From a virus (lineage: Duplodnaviria; Heunggongvirae; Uroviricota; Caudoviricetes), in the IMG/VR virus record IMGVR_UViG_3300049203_000077, positions 1 to 64,000 of that record: a stretch of 64,000 nt of DNA; one strand, given 5' to 3'. Made by a program: the position numbers and the translations under genes. The notes beneath the pieces are model-generated. The model was given only the letters and a program-made list of their open reading frames with translations, had not been told where the DNA came from and searched no databases. Below are positions 1 through 9,712 of this stretch, in pieces. Position 1 is the stretch's first letter. Every line of letters starts with the position of its first letter.

Positions 1-65
1 TTCGAGATAAGAACTAGAAGTTGCTGCTGGAATCTTTGAAAAATTAATACTTTCTGACATTTATA

Positions 66-767
66 CTATTTAGATTTTTTACTATAATAATTGGTTACTG
101 TTTCACGTACTAAGTTTAGATCGTTGGGAATTTGTTTATCTTTAAACATGCCCATTGGAGTCTTAGTAGTGCTATCAGCGTCTCTTGTTACGAATACATA
201 GTCTACATCATCATCCTGTGTTTTTAGCTTCTTAGCTAACAGAATAACAGTAAAATATGCTTCATATGTCCCTAGCTTGTCATCAACAAGTTTTCCTAGA
301 GTCATGGCTTTCATTTGTTTATCTTCGGTAATACCATCCCCCACTTCTGATACGTGGTGCATAATAAATACCATAAGATCATCACGAAGACCTTTCGAGA
401 GTTGCGCTATATTAATCATATTTGCAGCGATGTCGTTCCACTTATCCCAAGTGGATTCACCCATACGCCTTAAATATTCCATTGTAGATTGCTGAGTGTT
501 ATCATCAATTACAACGTTCTTAATATGCGGCATTTTCGCACTGATAAAATTTAACCAAGTGATTACAGCTTGTGCAGAAGTAGTAATTACTACGTTTCCA
601 TCAGGATTCTTGTCCTTATTATAAACTGTATAGAGGTCTTCACTTCCCTCAAATGGAAGCTCCTTACCTAAAGAGTTGATAATGAACGTCTCTTTAGGAT
701 TTAGGGTACGAACCGAGGAGCTTTTTCCAGCTCCTGATTTACCCAGAATTAAAACTGCTTTACTCAA
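66..767 (-). CDS. P-loop NTPase, AAA_24/Sak4-like phage ATPase (RecA-fold)
   Basis: Walker A GKSGAGKSS near N-terminus and Walker B-like VVIDD; about 230 aa; sits beside the helicase genes, as this family typically does in phage replication modules. Confidence 0.55.
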   Translation of the reverse strand: MSKAVLILGKSGAGKSSSVRTLNPKETFIINSLGKELPFEGSEDLYTVYNKDKNPDGNVVITTSAQAVITWLNFISAKMPHIKNVVIDDNTQQSTMEYLRRMGESTWDKWNDIAANMINIAQLSKGLRDDLMVFIMHHVSEVGDGITEDKQMKAMTLGKLVDDKLGTYEAYFTVILLAKKLKTQDDDVDYVFVTRDADSTTKTPMGMFKDKQIPNDLNLVRETVTNYYSKKSK

Positions 768-837
768 ATGTTTTTTGTTTTGTTATTACAAAGATACAAA
801 GTATTCTGTAAACAACCAACAAAATTGTTGAGAATAA

Positions 838-1311
838 TCACGAATCAAACTGAACCGTGCCAGCCTTTTTAAGGCTAAGAAGGAGTTTCATTGTTTTTAC
901 CAATCCGTTTTCTTTACAGCCCTTGAGTAGATGTGACATGTACTCTGCAGAGGCTTTTGCTTTTGGTAATGGACGGTAAAGAGGATTCACGCATATATAC
1001 GCGAACATCGTTTTACCGTCTTTCAATGGAACTGCCATCTTTTGATAGACAAAGGGACATCCCTCTCTACCGTCAAGAATGCGAAATTGTTTAGGAGTAA
1101 GCTCATAAAGCACTCCCTCAACGGCATCCTTACGATTGCCCGTCATTGTAATGTTTGCAAACCGTTGGCTTCCAGGGCCACAGTTAAACTCAAGTTTCCA
1201 GTATGGGAGCTTGATAACTCCTATTTTAGAAACTTTTCCAACACGGGATTCTAGGCGTTCTTGGTTCATGTTTGATCCGTAAGCAAAGTATAGCTTCTTT
1301 ATTGTCTTCAT
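838..1311 (-). CDS. gamma-glutamyl cyclotransferase (GGCT)/AIG2-like family protein
   Basis: N-terminal YFAYGSNM signature, later VEGVLYEL and LDGREGCPFVYQK, i.e. the Y-G-S-N ... LD..EG..Y pattern of the GGCT/AIG2 fold; 157 aa. Confidence 0.6.
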   Translation of the reverse strand: MKTIKKLYFAYGSNMNQERLESRVGKVSKIGVIKLPYWKLEFNCGPGSQRFANITMTGNRKDAVEGVLYELTPKQFRILDGREGCPFVYQKMAVPLKDGKTMFAYICVNPLYRPLPKAKASAEYMSHLLKGCKENGLVKTMKLLLSLKKAGTVQFDS

Positions 1312-1323
1312 GACGAGTTGTTT

Positions 1324-2436
1324 TTAGAATAACAAATGTTTATTTTTTTGTTTGTTTCTTTCTTGGTCTAACCATTCATAAACCCTTGGAAGTTTATCTG
1401 CTTCATCTTTAGAGTGAGGTAGTTCCCAAAACACTTCTGGGCCTCCATCAAAGAATAAGGCAGAACAAATTGAGGAATCAGTTCCATCATTTGTCTTCAA
1501 CACTTCTAATTCCCTAAAATTGTTCTTAAGTTTTGTTATGTCATATCCCTTATAATTAGGGACTTTAAACTTATGTGGTGTAAAAAGAGAAAGCACGAGG
1601 TGATAAGAACGAGTTACCTCTTTAGTTTCACCAAGATTTGCTAGAGAAGGTTTATTCTTCTCAAGAATCATTCCTCCGTTACTGGTAAACTGTTGTTTTT
1701 CAGCTTCTAATGCTTGCTGATGCACCACTACTGGTGTACCCTTAAGAATCTTAGAATATAATAACCTACAATCTTTTCCGACAAATTCATCCATTGCCTG
1801 TTTTTTATCCCTATGTTCAGCATCTTTGTCGAGATTGTTGAGATTATCAAACAGCATTAGTCGATGTACATCTGTTTTAGGTGTGTACCCTACGATAATT
1901 TGTTTACCTTCATGCTCCTTAGTATGGATTGTACCAATCTCAGAAGCACGCCTCAAAACATCGTTCTTAATCGCCCTTGGTGTTGTAAATGTATCTTTAA
2001 TACGCACCTTGTTGCAGAAATCTGCTAAATATTTTTCAGCATCTACAATACATTTTAGTATATGAGATGGAAGTTCTTTAAACTTAGAATCAAGATCATA
2101 AAGTGATACACGCTCACCACATTTAGTGAATAGATAGTTACAGAGGATGGATTTGAAAGTTTTTTCTGCACTATCTTCGAGACAATAGTAATCTATCTCG
2201 ATAGAATAATTATGTTTTAGGGAAAATTCATAAGGGTGTGTTACAAATGTGTGACGTAAAAACCTACTCTTCCCAGCACCACTAAAAGAAGTGAGTCCTA
2301 TAACTTGTTCTTTATCAATGCTTGGAATATACTGAGAGAAACGAGAATAGGGAAACGGAATACCATTAAACTTACCTAGCTTCTTATTCTCAGCTTTTTG
2401 CTTAATATTATTAAGCGCAGTTTGATAAAGATTCAT
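1324..2436 (-). CDS. DnaB-like replicative helicase, RecA-like C-terminal domain only
   Basis: Walker A LTSFSGAGKSRFL; H1a-like motif CLEDSAEK resembling DnaB SLEMSAEQ; 370 aa, lacks the DnaB N-terminal domain. Confidence 0.5.
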   Translation of the reverse strand: MNLYQTALNNIKQKAENKKLGKFNGIPFPYSRFSQYIPSIDKEQVIGLTSFSGAGKSRFLRHTFVTHPYEFSLKHNYSIEIDYYCLEDSAEKTFKSILCNYLFTKCGERVSLYDLDSKFKELPSHILKCIVDAEKYLADFCNKVRIKDTFTTPRAIKNDVLRRASEIGTIHTKEHEGKQIIVGYTPKTDVHRLMLFDNLNNLDKDAEHRDKKQAMDEFVGKDCRLLYSKILKGTPVVVHQQALEAEKQQFTSNGGMILEKNKPSLANLGETKEVTRSYHLVLSLFTPHKFKVPNYKGYDITKLKNNFRELEVLKTNDGTDSSICSALFFDGGPEVFWELPHSKDEADKLPRVYEWLDQERNKQKNKHLLF

Positions 2437-3137
2437 TATGCTAATACTTCAAAAGTGTCTTCTTGTGATGGATTTTGTTTGTCATGTACTACTTGATCAC
2501 ACCATGTTGCTAAATCAGATGTTTTGTCTTTTATAGAGGATTCAACACGGAAGATAAAATATGTTGCACAACGCATAAATTCCCATCCCACTTGTCTTTT
2601 GGACTCTGTATAAGCTCTAGTAGCCTCCATAATGGTGTCCTTATCGTAGTTATACTCTTTTAAAAACCACTCCATTTTTCGAGCGCACTCCTTAGCATTA
2701 CTCCTAACAGGTTTACCATTAGTTTTTACACCTCTGGGAAAGAATTCTAACCATTCGTTAATCCATGATTCAACACCGTCAGTTTTTATTTCTGTTTTAA
2801 GCTGATCCACTCCGGATACAGCTATTTTTTCTGCTGTTACTTCATTTGATTGTTCTTTAATAAATTCAATTAAATCAATACCTTTTTGTGTCAAGACATA
2901 AATAGTGTTGTCTTCTTCCTTAGAAGATGTTAATAAGTCTTTAAGCTCCAATTCTTTGTACAAAAATAGTGCTCGTTTCTGTTTATTACTATCATCAAAC
3001 TCATCAAGAAGGTCTATTTTACCTTCATATAATGCAAATAATACAAACAGAATGGACCCTAACTGGTCTACTTGGAAGTTATAACTCCTTACTTTGTCGA
3101 TAATGTTCTTGTTAAACTGAATCTCAATACTCTGCAT
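2436..3137 (-). CDS. hypothetical replication-module protein
   Basis: ORF track 2436..3215; start moved to the internal Met (MQSIEIQ) at 3137 to remove a 70-nt overlap with the upstream helicase gene; no recognisable motif. Confidence 0.4.
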   Translation of the reverse strand: MQSIEIQFNKNIIDKVRSYNFQVDQLGSILFVLFALYEGKIDLLDEFDDSNKQKRALFLYKELELKDLLTSSKEEDNTIYVLTQKGIDLIEFIKEQSNEVTAEKIAVSGVDQLKTEIKTDGVESWINEWLEFFPRGVKTNGKPVRSNAKECARKMEWFLKEYNYDKDTIMEATRAYTESKRQVGWEFMRCATYFIFRVESSIKDKTSDLATWCDQVVHDKQNPSQEDTFEVLA

Positions 3138-3145
3138 TAAACCTC

Positions 3146-4285
3146 CTATTTTAAATAAATTGTTTTTGCGTTCTCTATACCTAAATTCTTTCCAGCTTGT
3201 TTTAACCATTCCCACATAATGGTAGGTGTATTAACAAGCTGTTTTCCTCTACGTTTTTTGTAGTATGGTACTAATACATATATGTCTAGCATTTCATCAA
3301 CATCTAGCCTACGTCCTCTACCGGTTCTTTGAACCATCAGGGTTTCGCTTTTGTTGTAATTCTCTAGTATTATAGTATTGACACTCTTCAGGTTTTTACC
3401 CCTGTTTACTTTGCCACATACACTAAGCTCTGTAATGTTTCCGTCATCAAATCTCCTAAGATTATCATCGTCCTCGTTTCCACTATGGAAAGAAGGAGCA
3501 ATCCTATCAGCTTGTTCTGTTACACCACAAAAGATTAGTGTTTTAGATTCTGGATTCTTTTGTTTTAGATAATCCAGAAGCTTTCTACAAATGTACGCAG
3601 AAGAATCCAATTTAGCAAGAAAATGTATACGCTGGAGACTAAGAAATTCTAAGTCCTTCTTAATCCTCTCTTTAGCTTTTTCTGATTTAGTGAAATCATT
3701 CTCTCTTAGAAGATGAGTAAATTTCTCATTAAAAGCTACATATTGTCTGTTCTCAGATGGATTTAATAGATAGGGAATAAGAATAAAGTTAGCTTTATTC
3801 ACTACTTTCTTATCTTCTATCTCCTTGATTTTCTTCTCATAAACGATTGGTACTATTTGTTTAGCTAACGCTCTTTTTTTACTTTCCAGAGTAGCACTAA
3901 CAAATATAATATGACCAAAACTGTTATTGAGAAAAAATTTAGAATATTCTGGGGTTAGAGCATAATCTCCCTCATCTGCTAGGAGAATATCGTAATATTC
4001 TCCATGTCTTTTATAGAGTCCAGCATAACAGCCTTTCTCTATAATATTACAATACTCTTTAGCATCCCATTTTACAAGCTCTTCATCAAATCCTCCATCT
4101 CTAAGCATCTGAGAATCACAGGCATATAATACACGCATACCAGGCTTATATAAAGCCTTTAAACAATTTATTAAGACAAGGGTTTTACCTGTTCCTGTAG
4201 GCAATATTACAATTCCATTGAAGTTATTAGCTTCAAGAGCGTTGAATGCCTCTTCCTGAATTTTCCTTTTCTCTTCGTTTATCAC
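3146..4285 (-). CDS. SF2 DEAD/DEAH-box family DNA helicase
   Basis: Motif I ILPTGTGKT, motif II DEGD, motif III VSAT; 379 aa. Confidence 0.65.
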   Translation of the reverse strand: MINEEKRKIQEEAFNALEANNFNGIVILPTGTGKTLVLINCLKALYKPGMRVLYACDSQMLRDGGFDEELVKWDAKEYCNIIEKGCYAGLYKRHGEYYDILLADEGDYALTPEYSKFFLNNSFGHIIFVSATLESKKRALAKQIVPIVYEKKIKEIEDKKVVNKANFILIPYLLNPSENRQYVAFNEKFTHLLRENDFTKSEKAKERIKKDLEFLSLQRIHFLAKLDSSAYICRKLLDYLKQKNPESKTLIFCGVTEQADRIAPSFHSGNEDDDNLRRFDDGNITELSVCGKVNRGKNLKSVNTIILENYNKSETLMVQRTGRGRRLDVDEMLDIYVLVPYYKKRRGKQLVNTPTIMWEWLKQAGKNLGIENAKTIYLK

Positions 4286-4358
4286 TTATATTTGGGTGGT
4301 CCTATACAGAATCCCAAAATAAAGGCTACTGCTAGGATTCCTATTATAAATAATATCA

Positions 4359-6317
4359 TTAAAAAAGAGTTAATTGTCTGTTAAGAATTTCTGTTATTAA
4401 TGTGCATGCCTTCTCAATATAATGGGAGTAATTAATGTCATACTCCGCAAAGGACTTCTCCTCATAATTGTTAAAAAGACATACGCCTTCTCCAACATTG
4501 ACATGTTCAAAGTTGGATTTCTTTCCATTTTTAGGTTCTTTCTTTCTTTTTAGAAGATAAGCACCTTTTTTCTGGAAATAATACCTATTTAGGTTTTGAA
4601 CCTTTTTACCTTCATAAAAAACTTCATACGTTTTATCAATACGATTGCTCTTACAGTAATCATAAATATGAAATCCATATTTCTCCGGGTTGGATATTGA
4701 TTCAGAAACGGATATACCATCCTTCCAGAATAGCTCCAAAGCTTTGGCGACTACTTGCTCATTTACTGAATCACCTAACGGAATATCTTTCCCATATTTA
4801 TATAGTCCTTTCCTCTTAGGTTTTGTATCTTCTTTTAATCCAATGATCTGTATATTAGTGCCCCTATTATCAAGCATATAAGTACTGCTAGGGAACGCAA
4901 TATAATTATTGACATTTGTGTAAACAATTTTTTTAATGTTAGTAAATTCCCAACCTATACCAAATTCCTCAGCGATTTCACAACTTATTCTATGATAATC
5001 ATCTATTTTGTCTATTGGAACGATACAGGTTGTACCATCAGTATTGTTACTAATGATTTGAATACCAGCGAGAGACTTCTCTTCCAGAATACGAAGCTGA
5101 ATCAATTGACCGAATACACGCAGGGCAGTCATTTGTTCTGGACTATAAAGCCAGCTAACGTCTTGGTCAACGATGCCAGTAAATCCATTAAGACACAATT
5201 TTAAGAATGTGTCTTTAATTTTATTACCAGACCTTTTAGCTTCTACCCTATCAGCCTTAAGTCTTAGATACTCATCCAATACTATTTCAAGCTCTTTACG
5301 AATGAAACGGTATTTTTCAAGAAGTGTAGGATATAGAGAAGTAACGTCTTCATCAATAATCAGGTGAGTCTTACTGGACTCGTAATACTCATTATCGTTG
5401 ATAATGTGGATTCCTCCAATACCCATACTAACATGCACTTTAGTATTTCCGGACTGGTAAAGGAACTCCTTAGTAAATTCTGATCCTGACCTTTTAATCT
5501 CTTCAAATAAATCCTGAAAATACTTAGTTTTGAAAGAAACGTGAGGAAGAAACTCACCGAGCTTCCAATTTGGACTTGGTATGTATCGGCTATTCTTAAC
5601 CTCACGTTTATATTCTTCATATGTAGGATATTGGTTCTTATATGTTTTCTTACAATACACTTCAAGCATGTACTCGCTACAAATCTTTGGTGCATCCATG
5701 CTCCAACACTGTATACCATACTCCTCAAATATATATTTTCGGAGCTTAATATCCTCTTCCATTCTTTTGGTGAGGCTATCAAGAATGATAAGGTCATTGT
5801 TCAAGTTATAATCAAGAACATGTGCCTTTTGTTCATCGGTAAGAATGGAATCATGTGGGTAAGGAAGTTCCTGTACCCTTGTATGATTGAGCTGTATTCC
5901 TAATGATTTTAAGCTTATCTTCTTGGATATACGAAGAGATCGAGCCCAGTAAAGGAATAAGTCAACATTTATCCATGGATGTTTATACCATTTGTACCAC
6001 TTGATGGTATCGTGCTCATCAGCAATCACATAGTTAGAGAACCGTTTTAGCTCTCTAACTAGCTCTATGCTAGAGAGTTTAGAAAGTTTTTTATATTCTT
6101 TGACGAAGTAAGCAAGGACAACATTGTCATAATGTACACCATTAAAGGTGATTAAATAACCTTGATAGTTGACTAAGAAAGTATAGAGTTTTCCCCTATC
6201 GTCTTTTTTCTCGTCAACTTCAAACTTTATAGCTTTCTTAGTTACATAGTCTCGTATCCCAACCTGAAAGTAGTTAGGATAGAGCTCTATATCAAGTCCT
6301 TGAAAATTACTAAACAT
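4359..6317 (-). CDS. family B DNA polymerase with 3'-5' exonuclease, compact (652 aa)
   Basis: Exo I GLDIELYP, Exo II FNGVHYDNVVL, pol motif A DEDVTSLYPTLL, motif B KLCLNGFTG, motif C-like SNNTDGTT, in canonical order. Confidence 0.7.
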   Translation of the reverse strand: MFSNFQGLDIELYPNYFQVGIRDYVTKKAIKFEVDEKKDDRGKLYTFLVNYQGYLITFNGVHYDNVVLAYFVKEYKKLSKLSSIELVRELKRFSNYVIADEHDTIKWYKWYKHPWINVDLFLYWARSLRISKKISLKSLGIQLNHTRVQELPYPHDSILTDEQKAHVLDYNLNNDLIILDSLTKRMEEDIKLRKYIFEEYGIQCWSMDAPKICSEYMLEVYCKKTYKNQYPTYEEYKREVKNSRYIPSPNWKLGEFLPHVSFKTKYFQDLFEEIKRSGSEFTKEFLYQSGNTKVHVSMGIGGIHIINDNEYYESSKTHLIIDEDVTSLYPTLLEKYRFIRKELEIVLDEYLRLKADRVEAKRSGNKIKDTFLKLCLNGFTGIVDQDVSWLYSPEQMTALRVFGQLIQLRILEEKSLAGIQIISNNTDGTTCIVPIDKIDDYHRISCEIAEEFGIGWEFTNIKKIVYTNVNNYIAFPSSTYMLDNRGTNIQIIGLKEDTKPKRKGLYKYGKDIPLGDSVNEQVVAKALELFWKDGISVSESISNPEKYGFHIYDYCKSNRIDKTYEVFYEGKKVQNLNRYYFQKKGAYLLKRKKEPKNGKKSNFEHVNVGEGVCLFNNYEEKSFAEYDINYSHYIEKACTLITEILNRQLTLF

Positions 6318-6321
6318 TCAA

Positions 6322-6353
6322 CAAAGATACGAAAATTAAAACTTGGCAACAAA
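6322..6353 (-). promoter_or_regulatory. Bacteroidetes-type promoter for the DNA polymerase gene
   Basis: On the minus strand: TTTG, then a 20-nt spacer, then TAtcTTTG, placed just upstream of the pol start at 6317 (plus-strand caaa at 6350..6353 and caaagata at 6322..6329). Confidence 0.45.
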
Positions 6354-6977
6354 TATAGTTATTGTGTTACCGCTGTTTGGATTAATTGTGCTTGGTGTGG
6401 GTACAAAGTGATCCTTAAGAATCGTTTTGAATACACGTTCGATAACAATACAATCATCTACACCATTACTGCAGAAAATCAAGCCGGTAGCTCTGGTGAG
6501 ACCTTTTCCTCTAGCAGGAACAGAAACACTGTCATCTTTCTCCTTCAAGAAGGCGTAAGCAACGAGCAGGTCAAGAACTTCACGGTTCTTTGGATAACGA
6601 TTGTTGATTGTAACATCACCGATCTCATCTACGCCACAACAATGTGGAAGGCCATCTGTATGCAGGCGAATGTTGTTGTAATCGTAATCTTTACTAGTAG
6701 AACGCATTATATATGTTCGGCTGCTACCATCTTCGTCAATGTCTAAACTATATCCTCTGGAGTTTATGTCCGACATAAGGGATTTGAGAGAAACTTTTAC
6801 TTGTTTCTTAGTAGGTGCTCGTTTTACGGCTACCTTTTTAACAGCTAATTTCTTAGCTGCTTTCTTCTTTACAGGCTTCTTTTTAGCAGCCTTTTTTGCT
6901 TTAGCGATTGCCTTGGCCATGATTGCGTTTACTTTTTTGGGATTTGTAATAATGTCTATTGCGTTTATTTTCAGCAT
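6336..6977 (-). CDS. histone H1-like lysine/alanine-rich putative DNA-binding protein
   Basis: N-terminal third is a KKAAKKKPVKKKAAKKLAVKKVAVKRAPTKK repeat tract typical of H1/Hc1-like basic tails; C-terminal 130 aa is globular with no motif I recognise. Confidence 0.5.
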   Translation of the reverse strand: MLKINAIDIITNPKKVNAIMAKAIAKAKKAAKKKPVKKKAAKKLAVKKVAVKRAPTKKQVKVSLKSLMSDINSRGYSLDIDEDGSSRTYIMRSTSKDYDYNNIRLHTDGLPHCCGVDEIGDVTINNRYPKNREVLDLLVAYAFLKEKDDSVSVPARGKGLTRATGLIFCSNGVDDCIVIERVFKTILKDHFVPTPSTINPNSGNTITIFVAKF

Positions 6978-7327
6978 TATGCAATGATTACATCATATTC
7001 CTGCCATGCCCAGATTTCCATTGCTTTAAGTAGGGCTACCCATTCTTCAAGGGTTAGTACACCTCTTGAAACTGAGTCTTTATTGAATGTAGGAACGATT
7101 AGATTATCTTTAATAATCTCATGCATTTCCTTTTTAGAATGACCTGTCTCATCAGCAATTTCTTGCAGCTTACTAAAGTAAACAGCGCGATATTGGTCTT
7201 CGTCAGACTGAGGATTTAGGTGTTGGAATGTGACGAAATACATTCCATTTTTAGAATCGCGATAAAGCTTTTCGATCAAAGCTTGACCCCTTTCTGTGCC
7301 TTTTTCAATTACCTGAAATTTAATCAT
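6977..7327 (-). CDS. hypothetical protein
   Basis: 116-aa ORF, coding-like composition, stop/start overlap with neighbour (operon-like). Confidence 0.4.
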   Translation of the reverse strand: MIKFQVIEKGTERGQALIEKLYRDSKNGMYFVTFQHLNPQSDEDQYRAVYFSKLQEIADETGHSKKEMHEIIKDNLIVPTFNKDSVSRGVLTLEEWVALLKAMEIWAWQEYDVIIA

Positions 7328-7334
7328 ATTGATT

Positions 7335-7559
7335 TCAAAATTTTTTAATTACTACTGTTTCCACGTCCCTCTTTATGCACATTACTACAAACACTATTAC
7401 AGTTACCCACGATGCGAATGCGCATATTGAGGCAAAAAATAAATCGTCAAGGTGAACGACAAATACTTGCTTCGATTTGTGGATTTTACGAAGCTTAGTG
7501 AGAAATGTAACCGCTATAATCAGGAGACTTACAAGAACTCCCATGAAATAAATGTGCAT
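7335..7559 (-). CDS. small membrane protein (2 predicted TM helices)
   Basis: 74 aa, two hydrophobic stretches. Confidence 0.35.
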   Translation of the reverse strand: MHIYFMGVLVSLLIIAVTFLTKLRKIHKSKQVFVVHLDDLFFASICAFASWVTVIVFVVMCIKRDVETVVIKKF

Positions 7560-7584
7560 ATGGATTGATCTTTAAGGTTTTTAG

Positions 7585-7848
7585 TTATCTTATGTGAGTG
7601 ACTCTCAGTTTACGACGACCACTACAGAACTTCATAAGTTCTTCGTCAGTGTACCATCCTACAGCAACTTCAGTGTATTCACTATCATCTTCCCAATAAG
7701 ACCACTGGATTAGATAATGCTCTTTAGTTTCAGTAAATGACTTTTTAAAGTGGTGCATAATGGTGGTATAGGCAGATATTGTCTCTGAATAGCCTGCATT
7801 CTTTAGTCTGTCCTCTAAGAACTGAAGAAATTTTTGTTCTCTGGTCAT
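7585..7848 (-). CDS. hypothetical protein
   Basis: 87-aa ORF in co-oriented array. Confidence 0.35.
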   Translation of the reverse strand: MTREQKFLQFLEDRLKNAGYSETISAYTTIMHHFKKSFTETKEHYLIQWSYWEDDSEYTEVAVGWYTDEELMKFCSGRRKLRVTHIR

Positions 7849-7987
7849 AAAACTATTTTAGACGTGATTGACTTAGACCAAGTTCAATAGCTTCTTTACT
7901 GTTATCAGTTATCCACCTGTGACAATTATGGCAAACAGCTAACCATGTAGACACATCAAGGAAGTTCTTCAATGTGTTATCTGCAAT

Positions 7988-8302
7988 TTAATTACAACAT
8001 GAATCGTATCTGTATACTTCTCCCTGATCATCTACTAATAAGTTGTTGTACATTCCATTGAGTACATCATATGGAATTTCATTCAACTCTTTATGTAAAT
8101 AAGGAGTATATTTTTCTACAGCTTCTTCTCCATGCTTTCGTAGATGTGGGTTTTCATCTTTAGCCCATCCCACAACTTTTATCATTAAATCTATAACTTC
8201 CTCTTTTGTGAGCTTAGTTACAAATCTTTCGTGTGGAAGACCATCACATCTTGTTCTACCTTGCTCTTGCATAGTAGAGATGAAATCTGAGATTCTTTGC
8301 AT
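7988..8302 (-). CDS. hypothetical protein
   Basis: 104-aa ORF. Confidence 0.35.
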   Translation of the reverse strand: MQRISDFISTMQEQGRTRCDGLPHERFVTKLTKEEVIDLMIKVVGWAKDENPHLRKHGEEAVEKYTPYLHKELNEIPYDVLNGMYNNLLVDDQGEVYRYDSCCN

Positions 8303-8343
8303 GTTTTTTTTGTTATATTTGCAGTTCGGACTATACCTTCAGC

Positions 8344-8655
8344 CTATAGATTCTCTGATAAGTGTTGTAAAATGTGTTCCTTCTCTATCTCTATATCAGG
8401 ACACATTCCCCAACCAGCTACTAAATCATCTATGATGTCTTTAGCTTTCTCAATAATATCTTTAGGCTGCTCATTGGTAGTCTCTACGGGCTTATTAATT
8501 AATTGAAAATCACAAACATGATTGTTATTACAATATTCAGCTAATTCTTCATGCGTGAATTTCATAATATAAGCTCTTTGCTCATATTTTCCATTGTTTC
8601 CACTTATTAATGGAGCAACATATACTAGTAATATAATCTTGTAAGTATTTTTCAT
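8344..8655 (-). CDS. hypothetical secreted protein
   Basis: 103 aa; N-terminal hydrophobic segment IILLVYVAPLISG resembles a signal peptide. Confidence 0.35.
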   Translation of the reverse strand: MKNTYKIILLVYVAPLISGNNGKYEQRAYIMKFTHEELAEYCNNNHVCDFQLINKPVETTNEQPKDIIEKAKDIIDDLVAGWGMCPDIEIEKEHILQHLSENL

Positions 8656-8689
8656 AATAATTTAATTAATCTATCCCTCGGCATTGTCT

Positions 8690-9103
8690 TTACATGTAAA
8701 ATAATTGTTTTTTAGCAATACTATAGTACCATCTTTTAATTTTGAACTTATAGTAGTTGTTATTAAAAGAGTATTTGTGGTCTAAGTCTCTTTCCCAACA
8801 ACAAAAATCTATATTATCTAAGAATTTTTGTAAGTCATCCTTATGAATATAGACAGTTCCTTTGATTTCAAAGTACAGTCCAGATTCAAACTCCTCAGAG
8901 AAATCATTAAGAAAAAGATTTAGGCTAAGGTCAGTATAAAAACTATTTATCTTTTCTCTTTCTGTTTCATAATACCATTTTTCTCTGTGAATTCTTGTAA
9001 TACATTGTATTACAGACTCTTTACTTTTCCACATTTTGAGAAGTACTTCATCTACTTTTTTCTTGTATTGCTTTAACATTATTGTATTTTTAAAGATTTT
9101 CAC
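8690..9103 (-). CDS. hypothetical protein
   Basis: 137-aa ORF. Confidence 0.35.
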   Translation of the reverse strand: MKIFKNTIMLKQYKKKVDEVLLKMWKSKESVIQCITRIHREKWYYETEREKINSFYTDLSLNLFLNDFSEEFESGLYFEIKGTVYIHKDDLQKFLDNIDFCCWERDLDHKYSFNNNYYKFKIKRWYYSIAKKQLFYM

Positions 9104-9123
9104 CGATATTCTGAGTTAAACAA

Positions 9124-9369
9124 CTACTTTTTATTAGTATAGATACCAAGAGCTGAAAGAACTAGGCAGCTCTCTCCAGAACTAAGCGTTCCGTCACTAT
9201 AAACAGTATCGCCTTTATCGTAAGGTATTGTTACATGGTTACAGATAAGAATACCCTGTAGCATACCTTGCGATTCTGTTGTTTCACAATGTACTACTAC
9301 TTTTAAGTTTTGGTCTTTGTCCTTTAACTCTTCTATAAGTTGAGCAACTGTCATTGATTTCTGTACCAT
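9124..9369 (-). CDS. hypothetical protein
   Basis: 81-aa ORF. Confidence 0.3.
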   Translation of the reverse strand: MVQKSMTVAQLIEELKDKDQNLKVVVHCETTESQGMLQGILICNHVTIPYDKGDTVYSDGTLSSGESCLVLSALGIYTNKK

Positions 9370-9405
9370 ATACTAATTTTTTAATAGTTATTTATTCAAT
9401 GCTGA

Positions 9406-9705
9406 TTACGCAGCAAGGGGGCAAGTGTGTCTACCCGATCTTCCTTTCATATGATGTACTTCTGTAGCTATTCTCGTGCATTCATTGAGTCGAGCTTCGC
9501 ATATTGGATGTTCTTTGAGGAAGGCTGTTCGTAGTACACTATACTCTGCTTCTTGTTTAGCTCTCTTACTCGAACGTCTATTAATTCGAGTTTGCTTTTT
9601 ATTTGTTGATTGTTTCTTATCAGTGCGGAGATATTGATGAAATTTACAATAATTGCAAGCGAATACATGATTATTGCAGCCTTCATGTTTACAAGTTTTT
9701 GGCAT
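9406..9705 (-). CDS. small HNH-like zinc-binding nuclease (tentative)
   Basis: N-terminal C-x4-C...C-x2-C-x2-H cluster and C-terminal EVHHMKGR resembling an HNH core; 99 aa. Confidence 0.3.
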   Translation of the reverse strand: MPKTCKHEGCNNHVFACNYCKFHQYLRTDKKQSTNKKQTRINRRSSKRAKQEAEYSVLRTAFLKEHPICEARLNECTRIATEVHHMKGRSGRHTCPLAA

Positions 9706-9712
9706 TAAAGTG

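Noticed and set aside
66-767. P-loop protein as a DNA hydroxymethyl-nucleotide kinase (DNA hypermodification)
   Set aside because: Considered because of the GGCT-like and ATP-grasp genes, but the size, motif spacing and position next to the helicases fit a Sak4/AAA_24 recombination ATPase better, and no dUMP hydroxymethylase was seen in the window.
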